In this document: positions 35,598 through 43,069 of the stretch, in pieces
Layout of the letters: each line of letters starts with the position of its first letter
Numbering within the stretch: position 1 is the first letter of the stretch
From: an uncultured Candidatus Saccharibacteria bacterium
GTDB lineage: Bacteria > Patescibacteriota > Minisyncoccia > Phycocordibacterales > DATDWN01
Direction of reading: 5' to 3'
NCBI GenBank assembly: GCA_964597675.1
Contig: CAZQYV010000001.1
Coordinates: forward strand, 10,903-59,057
DNA length: 48,155 nt
The notes under the pieces: model-generated
The model's input: the letters and a program-made list of their open reading frames with translations, nothing else
Database searches by the model: none
Told to the model about the DNA's origin: nothing
Program-made: the position numbers and the translations under genes

Positions 35598-37726
35598 TTC
35601 ACTTTATCAAACCACTCCGGATCAATTTCTTTTACCGAGAGTTTCAATCGTCCACGTTCATCAACTTCTTTCACCACAACCGGTACAGTGTCTCCAACTT
35701 TTAGTAATTCATCTACAGTCTTTATTCTTTTTGGAGAAATTTCTGAAATATGAAGCAAACCTTCAGTCCCACCATTAATTCGTACAAAAGCACCAAATTC
35801 TGTTATTTTTACCACTTCACCTCGGAATCTGTCCCCCACTTTTGCTTCCCATGTCATATTTTCTATAATTTTCTTCGTCTCTTCACACCCCTCTTTTTTG
35901 CCAGTAATGTAAACTGTACCGTCGTCTTCAATATCAATTTCTGCTCCCGTTTTCTCTTTGATCTCTTTGATTGTCTTCCCGCCTGTGCCAATAATCAATC
36001 CAATTTGATCTGGCTTGATTGAAATTGAAATAATATGTGGCGCATATTCAGAAATACTCTCACGTGGCGTGGCAATCGCCTCGGTTATGACTTTTAGAAT
36101 TTGTAATCTTGCAATTCTGGCTTTTTCAAATGCTTCTTTCAGGATATGGAGAGGAACTCCGGAAATTTTAACATCCATTTGGACAGCAGTTATCCCTGTT
36201 TCTGTTCCTGCTACTTTGAAATCCATATCGCCATGGTGGTCCTCTGGCCCTTGAATATCTGTCAGGATTACGTAATTTTGATCCTGAGCGGAGTCTACGG
36301 ATCTTGCTTTGCTCGACATCATTAATCCACTTGCAATTCCAGCCACAGGCCGAGCGATCGGCACTCCACCGTCCATTAATGCCAAAGTACCTGCACAGAC
36401 TGATGCCATCGAGGTTGACCCGTTTGAGGCCATCGATTCTGCAACAAGGCGTATTGTGTATGGAAATGCTTCTTTGTTTGGCAGTACTGGGACAAGAGCT
36501 TTTTCAGCTAGTGCTCCATGCCCGACCATTCGGCGATTTGTGCCCCCCATTCTACCCACCTCTCCTGTTGAATATGGCGGAAAGTTGTAGTGGAGCATAA
36601 ATCGCTTATGACCAGATTGAACTTCCATAGTATCTATTAGTTGTGCATCCCCTGGTGCACCAAGTGTTAGTACGGACAGAACATGTGTTCCTCCACGATA
36701 AAACGTGCCTGCCCCGTGCAATATTTTTGAAATTCCACCGACACGTGCAACAAGTGGGCGAATCTCGTCTAGTCCTCTTCCGTCCGGCCGTCTTTTATTT
36801 TGTATAGCTTCTGTATGGATTACCTCATCAATTTTTTCTTGTAACAAATTGTCTGCCTGTGTGGTATCAGTTCCATCTGGCAAGTTTTTGATTTCGTCTT
36901 CCCATATTTCTTCAAGGGCGGTCAAATCACTTTTTCCAGCCGTGCCAGAAAAAACTTTGTCCATCAAAATTGGTTGAATTTTTTCCTCAAATAAAGTCAG
37001 AACCTCTGGCGAGACAGTTGGTTTTGAGACAACAACTTTTTCTTTCCCAATTTCATTTATGATTTGTGTCTGGAAATCTTGCATTTTTGCAAGTTCTTTT
37101 TGGGCCATCTCCATTCCAGCAAGGACAACATCTTCTCCCACCTCACTACTTCCCACTTCAATCATATTTATTTCTTTTCCAGTACCACAGACCAGTAAAT
37201 CCAAAGCATAGGCATCGGTATTTCTCTGTGTGTATGTTGGATTGATTTCGAAATTAGCATTTTTCCCTATTCTAACTGCAGAGACTGGGCCATTCCATGG
37301 AATATGTGATGTACTGAGCGCGATAGATGCTCCGAGGACGGCAAGAATATCAGGATCATCTTCCCCGATGGACAAGACAGTGATAACAACCTGAACATCA
37401 TGTCGAATCCATTGGTCAAACAAGGGTCGAATTGTTCGATCGACGATACGGCCAGAGAGAATTGCTTCGTCTGTTGGCCGTCCCTCACGTTTTTGAAAAC
37501 GGCTACCGAGAATTTTCCCAGTAGCATAAAATTTTTCTTCAAAATCAACAGTCAAAGGAAAAAAATTAGCCCCATCCTTTGCTTGTTTTGACATAACTGC
37601 AGTAGCGAGCACAACAGTATCGCCATATCGTACTAGACATGACCCATGTGCCTGTTCTACCAAGTCACTAAATTCAATCTCAAGTGTTCGTCCACCGTAC
37701 TCTGTCGAAAAAGTTTTTGTTTTCAT
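35594..37726 (-). CDS. pnp: Polyribonucleotide nucleotidyltransferase (PNPase)
   Basis: 710 aa with two RNase PH domains, a KH domain (GLIIGTGGKTIKEIKEKTGAEIDI) and an S1 domain (GDRFRGEVVKITEFGAFV). Confidence 0.95.
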   Translation of the reverse strand: MKTKTFSTEYGGRTLEIEFSDLVEQAHGSCLVRYGDTVVLATAVMSKQAKDGANFFPLTVDFEEKFYATGKILGSRFQKREGRPTDEAILSGRIVDRTIRPLFDQWIRHDVQVVITVLSIGEDDPDILAVLGASIALSTSHIPWNGPVSAVRIGKNANFEINPTYTQRNTDAYALDLLVCGTGKEINMIEVGSSEVGEDVVLAGMEMAQKELAKMQDFQTQIINEIGKEKVVVSKPTVSPEVLTLFEEKIQPILMDKVFSGTAGKSDLTALEEIWEDEIKNLPDGTDTTQADNLLQEKIDEVIHTEAIQNKRRPDGRGLDEIRPLVARVGGISKILHGAGTFYRGGTHVLSVLTLGAPGDAQLIDTMEVQSGHKRFMLHYNFPPYSTGEVGRMGGTNRRMVGHGALAEKALVPVLPNKEAFPYTIRLVAESMASNGSTSMASVCAGTLALMDGGVPIARPVAGIASGLMMSSKARSVDSAQDQNYVILTDIQGPEDHHGDMDFKVAGTETGITAVQMDVKISGVPLHILKEAFEKARIARLQILKVITEAIATPRESISEYAPHIISISIKPDQIGLIIGTGGKTIKEIKEKTGAEIDIEDDGTVYITGKKEGCEETKKIIENMTWEAKVGDRFRGEVVKITEFGAFVRINGGTEGLLHISEISPKRIKTVDELLKVGDTVPVVVKEVDERGRLKLSVKEIDPEWFDKVK

Positions 37727-37772
37727 TCCGTTAAAAATTATTTTATATTCAGATTATTTCGATTCGTAGTCT

Positions 37773-37897
37773 ACAAAATTACGGCGAGATCGTATCTCTT
37801 GTGGAGACTTCGCAAGGCGGGTAGCCGAGACTTGAGCGATTTTTCAGCATAAAAATACGCGTGCTCCACAAGAGATAGGATGAGCCAAGAATTTTGT
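37773..37897 (+). repeat. Structured intergenic element, type A copy 3
   Basis: ACAAAATT-ACGGCGAGATCG-TATCTCTTGTGGAG-ACTTCGCAAG-GCG GGTA GCC-GAGACTTGAG-CGATTTTTC AGCA TAAAAATACG-CGTG-CTCCACAAGAGATA-GGATGAGCCAAG-AATTTTGT. Both flanking genes are on the minus strand. Confidence 0.85.
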
Positions 37898-37910
37898 AAT
37901 GTACAATTAA

Positions 37911-38273
37911 CTAATCATTCATATGCATCTTGCAGGTTTTCGCTGCAGGATTTGCTTCCAAACGGTCACTTTCAATTGGCTGTTTACATGTCTCGCACAT
38001 GCCGTAGGTGGAGTGTTCAATTTTATCCAAGGCAACAATAACCTCATTTAAACGAGTTTCAAGTTGTTCTAAAATTCCTTTGTTGTTCTCATACTCCTCT
38101 ATACCATCTGCGACGACATTTTCATCAGCCGCATCAACATCAATATCTGGCTCTGTTGCCTCCCAATCAGCAGAATTTGCTGGGTTTTTTCTGCCCAATG
38201 TAGCGAGTTCACCCTCTAGTACTTTTTTCTCCTCTTCGAGTAATGACTTAAATTGTTGTGTATTTAATTCCAT
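37911..38273 (-). CDS. DksA/TraR-family C4 zinc-finger protein
   Basis: 120 aa with an acidic coiled-coil N-terminal part and CETCKQPIESDRLEANPAAKTCKMH. Confidence 0.8.
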   Translation of the reverse strand: MELNTQQFKSLLEEEKKVLEGELATLGRKNPANSADWEATEPDIDVDAADENVVADGIEEYENNKGILEQLETRLNEVIVALDKIEHSTYGMCETCKQPIESDRLEANPAAKTCKMHMND

Positions 38274-38304
38274 GGCGACATTATATCACCACACTGTAGC
38301 CCTG

Positions 38305-39213
38305 TCACCTTGTAGTGTGTCCTGTTAGATATTTACCTAGAAGCGCATTAAATATGGCTTCATGCGAGGTAATAAGTATTGTGTTTTTGTCTATAAATGA
38401 ATACAACAAGATAGTTTTTCCTATTTCATCAGTCACAATTCGAAGATCTTTGTTTCGAAGTTCCTCGTCTGTAAAGGTGTATGGTGTGGATGTGCTCCTG
38501 ATACCAAATATTGGGGCAAGATCTGTAACCATCTCTTTTTCCCATGAAAGCATACCCGCGTAGCCAAGGGCCGAGTCTTCGGTAGTCAGAATGATAAATG
38601 GTTCATTTGTACTAAACGAGTATATACCAACCATGTATGGGCTAGTCAGTGTACGAGACAGACTATCTGGCATATGGGGTCCAAATAGACTAGCAACTTT
38701 TCTTGCGGTTGTTCCTGTAGCAGTTGTGCCAGAACCAATGATATTAAAATATAAAACCGAATTTACTGGTTGTTTAAAATCGCGTACACCGAAACGAATA
38801 GTTTCGGCGAATTGTTCATATGACACACTGTCTTGTATTGTTTGACTGTGTGAAAAACTAATTATTGTCTCTTTCTTTATTACCTCAATTTTTTTATTAT
38901 TTTGCGAAACAGAATAATACACTCCACCGATAGCACTAATACCAAGTATGAGTAGTAGTGTACCAACAAGACCGAATAATCTGTTTTTAGCACCAGTAGG
39001 TATAGTGTCTCCTATTTGTGGTTCTGGTTGTGCTAATCGTCTTTTTTGTTCAGCAACAGCAATAGTTGTTATAGAAGTATTAGTATGTGAAATCGCTTCA
39101 GCAACATCACCTTCGTATGTACGAAGTGATTTTAGACGAATATGTTGCTCTGGCGAGACGGATGGAGAATGCTCGCCTTGAGGTTCCTGTGATGGTACAT
39201 TATTTTCTTCCAT
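38305..39213 (-). CDS. Single-pass membrane protein of unknown function (302 aa)
   Basis: About 90-aa cytoplasmic N-terminus, TM helix LFGLVGTLLLILGISAIGGVYY, then about 190 aa extracytoplasmic. Confidence 0.55.
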   Translation of the reverse strand: MEENNVPSQEPQGEHSPSVSPEQHIRLKSLRTYEGDVAEAISHTNTSITTIAVAEQKRRLAQPEPQIGDTIPTGAKNRLFGLVGTLLLILGISAIGGVYYSVSQNNKKIEVIKKETIISFSHSQTIQDSVSYEQFAETIRFGVRDFKQPVNSVLYFNIIGSGTTATGTTARKVASLFGPHMPDSLSRTLTSPYMVGIYSFSTNEPFIILTTEDSALGYAGMLSWEKEMVTDLAPIFGIRSTSTPYTFTDEELRNKDLRIVTDEIGKTILLYSFIDKNTILITSHEAIFNALLGKYLTGHTTR

Positions 39214-39255
39214 ATATTATAAGTGTAACAAAATACAACAAAGGAAAACAAATTT

Positions 39256-39378
39256 ACAAAACAACGGTGAAGGAATATCGTTTTTGGAGACTTCGGAGCT
39301 CGACGGAGCGAGATTGAGCGAATGTCTAGCAAGACATATCGCGTGCTCCAAAAAGGATATTCCGAGCCAGTGTTTTGT
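39256..39378 (+). repeat. Structured intergenic element, type A copy 4
   Basis: ACAAAACA-ACGGTGAA-GGAATATCGTTTTTGGAG-ACTTCGGA-GCTC GACG GAGC-GAGATTGAG-CGAATGTCT AGCA AGACATATCG-CGTG-CTCCAAAAAGGATATTCC-GAGCCAG-TGTTTTGT. Confidence 0.85.
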
Positions 39379-39383
39379 AAGAA

Positions 39384-39935
39384 CTATACATGATCTACTT
39401 GTCCGCGAGGTCGTTTGTTTTGAGGGCGAAAACCGAGTAAATATTTCCGTGGGTTTTCATCCAAATCAATAAAGTCGTCGGAGACCTCGATCAATTTGCT
39501 AGATGATGATTTACCAAAAGACATCACTTCTACCTGACAACCCTCATTCACCTGTAAATATTCTACCAATGGAACAAAGTCGCCATCACCAGAAATAATA
39601 ATCACCGCATCAAGTTTTGGTGCAAGTTTAATCGCATCAACCGCAAGTCCAACATCCCAGTCTGCTTTTTTTGCTCCTCCAGCAAATATTTGGAGGTTTT
39701 TTGTTTTTGTTTCTATTCCCACTTTTTCTAGTGCTTCAAAAAAACTTTTTTCTTCTCCTGATTCTGTGGTGATAACATATGCCACGGCACGAATAAGAGA
39801 TCGTCCCGCTAGACCATCTTTGACCACTTGGTCAAAATTAACTTTTGCACCATATATGTTTTTTGCACAGTGGTAGAGATTTTGCGTATCTATAAAAATA
39901 CCCACGCGCTGATTTTTGTGTTTTATAACTGCCAT
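39384..39935 (-). CDS. NYN-domain (LabA/DUF88-like) predicted ribonuclease
   Basis: RVGIFIDTQNLYH...AVIIISGDGDFVPLVEYLQ...GCQVEVMSF, the typical NYN/LabA acidic-residue pattern. Confidence 0.8.
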   Translation of the reverse strand: MAVIKHKNQRVGIFIDTQNLYHCAKNIYGAKVNFDQVVKDGLAGRSLIRAVAYVITTESGEEKSFFEALEKVGIETKTKNLQIFAGGAKKADWDVGLAVDAIKLAPKLDAVIIISGDGDFVPLVEYLQVNEGCQVEVMSFGKSSSSKLIEVSDDFIDLDENPRKYLLGFRPQNKRPRGQVDHV

Positions 39936-39961
39936 AATAAATAATTAAAATATAAAAATGT

Positions 39962-40085
39962 ACAAAATTACTTACTCAGTATGTCTTTCTCCTCACACAC
40001 ATAAAAGCCTGCTGGCTTTTTGCTCTGCTCGGCCCGTCGGCCTGCGCAAGGTTCGGATAAAAACATACTTTCGCTGTAATTTTGT
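39962..40085 (-). repeat. Structured intergenic element, type B copy 2 (sense = minus strand)
   Basis: The core matches B1 except for one substitution (GCGCA versus GCACA). Closing helix AGTATGTTTTTATCC / GGAGAAAGACATACT. Outer helix ACAAAATTA (39962-39970) / TAATTTTGT (40077-40085). Confidence 0.85.
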
Positions 40086-40171
40086 TATGAAGTGACTCAA
40101 TAAGAAAGAACCTATCAATAAGTATACCAAACAATAGAAAAATAATCGCCTTAAGCGATTATTTTTAGAGA

Positions 40172-40438
40172 TTATTTCTTGAGGCCAAGTTTTTTAATCA
40201 GAACAGCATATCGTTTTGGGAATTTCTTTTCGAGGTATTTTAGATGAGTTTTTCTATCTGCAACCATTTGCAACAGTCCTCGGCGAGAGTGATTATCCTT
40301 AGCATTTTTCTTTAAATGTGAGGCAAGCTCGTCTATTCGCTTGGTCAAGACAGCAATTTGCACCTCAGGAGAGCCAGTATCTGTCTCATGAATCTGAGTT
40401 TCTTTGATAACCTTTGTTTTTTTGGTTTTCGTAAGCAT
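40172..40438 (-). CDS. rpsO: Ribosomal protein S15
   Basis: Start MLTKTKKTKVIKE at 40438. GSPEVQIAVLTKRIDELASHLKKNAKDNHSRRGLLQMV is the S15 signature. Confidence 0.9.
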   Translation of the reverse strand: MLTKTKKTKVIKETQIHETDTGSPEVQIAVLTKRIDELASHLKKNAKDNHSRRGLLQMVADRKTHLKYLEKKFPKRYAVLIKKLGLKK

Positions 40439-40563
40439 TGACACTAGGATAGCATAAAAGATCACTCCATGCAAGGGCTACAGTGTAAATGCCATAATCA
40501 GGTATAAAATCCGCAAAACAGCCACACCGCAGTGTCGCACAATAATTATGATATAATTTACCC

Positions 40564-41496
40564 ATGGCTTCTCTCAAAAAACTTAAACAGCAGTTTCTAG
40601 AGTATATTGAAATCGAAAAGGGTCGCTCGGTAAATACTGTAGAGAATTATGACCGCTACCTCACTCGTTTTTTGGAATATATTAAAAATGATTCTCCTGC
40701 TGATATTACAGATACATCAGTACGGGAGTTTCGACTTTGGCTTAATCGACAGCCACTAAAAAACCTCGGTAAACTGAACGAAACACTAAGCAAAAAAACA
40801 CAGAATTATTATTTGATCGCCATTCGGGCATTTCTCAAATATATGGCACGTCAGGAGGTCAAAACCCTGCCTGCAGAGAGGATTGAGCTTGCAAAAGTAC
40901 AGGAGCGATCTCTAGATTTGATCACTGAGCCAGAATTGAAGCGACTACTGAATGCTCCAAATGGAGATAGTCTCAAGGATTATCGGGATCGTGCTATACT
41001 TGAGCTTCTTTTTTCTACTGGGTTACGTGTGTCAGAGCTATGTTCCCTATCTCGTGATATCGATTTGCACTCCGATGAAATTTCTATTCGTGGTAAAGGA
41101 GGAAAAGTACGAGTGGTTTTTGTTTCTGACAAGGCCAAGAAGGTTGTAAAAGACTATTTATCAAAAAGAAAAGATATGGATGATGCTTTGTTTATAAAAT
41201 TAGCCGAGAATTTGCCTAAAACAATGGGTAGAAAAGGAGAAAATTTGGGCTTAACAAAACGCTCTATCGAGAGGATAGTCAAGGAATTAGCTATTAAAGC
41301 GGGTATATCTAAAAAGGTTACTCCCCATATGATGCGCCATCTTTTTGCTACCGATCTACTTTCCAATGGAGCAGATCTTCGTTCAGTTCAGGCCTTGTTG
41401 GGTCACGCAAATATTGGCACTACCCAGATCTATACACACGTAACCGATAAACATCTCCGTGATGTTCATAAAAAATTTCACAACAAAAGTGAATAA
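40564..41496 (+). CDS. XerC/XerD-type tyrosine recombinase
   Basis: 310 aa with an SAM-like N-domain, R..LLFSTGLRVSEL, and HMMRHLFATDLLSNGADLRSVQALLGHANIGTTQIYTHV (R-H-R-Y catalytic pattern). Confidence 0.85.
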   Translation: MASLKKLKQQFLEYIEIEKGRSVNTVENYDRYLTRFLEYIKNDSPADITDTSVREFRLWLNRQPLKNLGKLNETLSKKTQNYYLIAIRAFLKYMARQEVKTLPAERIELAKVQERSLDLITEPELKRLLNAPNGDSLKDYRDRAILELLFSTGLRVSELCSLSRDIDLHSDEISIRGKGGKVRVVFVSDKAKKVVKDYLSKRKDMDDALFIKLAENLPKTMGRKGENLGLTKRSIERIVKELAIKAGISKKVTPHMMRHLFATDLLSNGADLRSVQALLGHANIGTTQIYTHVTDKHLRDVHKKFHNKSE

Positions 41497-41497
41497 A

Positions 41498-41529
41498 ACA
41501 AAAAACACCCTCTAGAGAGGGTGTTTTTT
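41498..41529. terminator. Bidirectional rho-independent terminator
   Basis: AAAAAA-CACCCTC-TAGA-GAGGGTG-TTTTTT between convergent genes. Confidence 0.8.
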
Positions 41530-41541
41530 GTTATAAGTCTA

Positions 41542-41799
41542 TTATGACAAATGCTTTGAAAGCAATTTTGTCATTTCAAACATATTTACCACTGCTTTGC
41601 CATCAAAGATCTTTTTAAGATTTTCGTCAGCAACAATGTTGCGCTTATTTTTTGGATCCTGAAGATCGTGTTTTTTAATATACTCCCAGATCTTCTTTGA
41701 AACTTCTGATCGAGGCATTGGGCCTTTGCCAATAACGACAGCTAAGTCTTCACTCACTGTCATCGGCTTCATAAACGCTGAATTTGTCTTTGTAGGCAT
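41542..41799 (-). CDS. SWIB/MDM2-domain protein
   Basis: 85 aa. The segment LAVVIGKGPMPRSEVSKKIWEYIKKHDLQDPKNKRNIVADENLKKIF matches the SWIB fold signature. Confidence 0.8.
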   Translation of the reverse strand: MPTKTNSAFMKPMTVSEDLAVVIGKGPMPRSEVSKKIWEYIKKHDLQDPKNKRNIVADENLKKIFDGKAVVNMFEMTKLLSKHLS

Positions 41800-41894
41800 A
41801 ATATTTTGTTACGTATAAAATAAGATATGTGTATTATACCACCATATAGGATGATGTACACCACATACCTTTTCAGTATGGTACACTAGAACCA

Positions 41895-42692
41895 ATGAAA
41901 ATCATATCATGGAACGTAAATGGGCTTCGAGCAGTTCACAAAAAAGGGCTGTTTTTACCCTTTCTAAAAGAGCATAATCCAGATATATTATGTCTCCAAG
42001 AAATAAAATCTAAAAAGGATCAAAATGAAATCGATTTACCAGAATATACAGAGTTTTGGAACCCTGCCACACGTGCGGGATACAGTGGCACGGCAATATT
42101 TACAAAGCAAAAACCGGTGTCTGTTTCACATAATTTGCCAGAGGCAATATGTGCAAAATATGGCTTAGATAAAGACCAATTTGGAGATCCAAACACAGAG
42201 GGGCGTGTTTTAACTCTCGAATATGAAACATTTTTTCTGGTCACTGTATATACACCAAATTCTAAAAGAGAATTGACTCGACTTACCCTAAGACACAAAC
42301 AGTGGGATCCTGCATTTCTGGCATATGTTGATGAATTACAGAGACAAAAACCAATCATTTTTTGTGGTGATTTAAATGTTGCACACACAGCAGATGATTT
42401 GGCTAATCCAAAACAAAATGAAGGTGAACATGGGTACACAAAAGAAGAGCGAGAGGGTGTGGATAACATTATAAAAAAGGGCTTTGTCGATACTTTTCGT
42501 CACTTTATTTCAGGCAATGGCCACTATACATGGTGGACTCATTGGCAAAATGCGCGCGAGAGAAATGTTGGGTGGCGCATCGATTATTTTTTCATAAGCA
42601 ACACTCTCCTCTCCTGTCTAAAGAGTGCACGTATTCTTGCAAATGTAATGGGGTCAGATCATTGTCCTGTAGAAATTGAAATAGAAAAATAA
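41895..42692 (+). CDS. xth: Exodeoxyribonuclease III (AP endonuclease)
   Basis: MKIISWNVNGLRA, LCLQEIK, GDLNVAH and SDHCPV motifs, 265 aa. Confidence 0.9.
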   Translation: MKIISWNVNGLRAVHKKGLFLPFLKEHNPDILCLQEIKSKKDQNEIDLPEYTEFWNPATRAGYSGTAIFTKQKPVSVSHNLPEAICAKYGLDKDQFGDPNTEGRVLTLEYETFFLVTVYTPNSKRELTRLTLRHKQWDPAFLAYVDELQRQKPIIFCGDLNVAHTADDLANPKQNEGEHGYTKEEREGVDNIIKKGFVDTFRHFISGNGHYTWWTHWQNARERNVGWRIDYFFISNTLLSCLKSARILANVMGSDHCPVEIEIEK

Positions 42693-42716
42693 GGACTTAT
42701 CCACAGATTTGTCCTT
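42691..42716. promoter_or_regulatory. Perfect DnaA box presented in a hairpin loop
   Basis: AAGGAC-TTATCCACA(42697-42705)GATTT-GTCCTT, lying directly after the xth stop. Confidence 0.4.
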
Positions 42717-43003
42717 GAAGTCCTTTACATGACTTTTATGACTGATATACTACATACAGATCACAGGTGGAATGTCCGATAATAAGACGGACAATAAACC
42801 TGAATTTGTTCATTGTAATAAGATGTACTTTGGGACTCGGCCGGTCCCCTATTAGAAGGTAACTTGGTTTTAGCATAGTGAGGTGATCAAAATATCCTCA
42901 ACTATCTACTATTTATTTTTATTTTTGTGATATTGTATCCAACTATTGTTATTGCTGTGTTACTCTTCTCCCCAAATCGCTCGTCAGTGTGTATTGTGAA
43001 ATA

Positions 43004-43027
43004 CGCTCATGACTGAGCGGTTTTTTT
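43004..43027 (+). terminator. Rho-independent terminator at the end of an orphan 377-bp spacer
   Basis: CGCTCA-TGAC-TGAGCG-G-TTTTTTT. A longer alternative stem is possible with 42978-42989. Confidence 0.7.
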
Positions 43028-43069
43028 ATAATAAAAATTCTCTGAAAGTATCAAGGTTTTGCATAAATC

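Noticed and set aside
40564-41496. Tyrosine recombinase as the integrase of a mobile element.
   Set aside because: Its sequence has the XerC/D housekeeping pattern. I saw no adjacent excisionase, phage, or conjugation genes, and no flanking direct repeats or tRNA. It is most simply a chromosome dimer resolvase.
42693-43069. RNase P RNA, tmRNA or SRP RNA in this spacer (and in 4009-4385).
   Set aside because: I found no tRNA-like T-arm with a CCA-proximal end or tag ORF (tmRNA). There is no GGAAGCAGC-type SRP domain IV motif. Only one weak CR-I-like word supports RNase P, and the ACAGA/GGCTTA-type partner is absent. The region is kept only as an unnamed ncRNA candidate.
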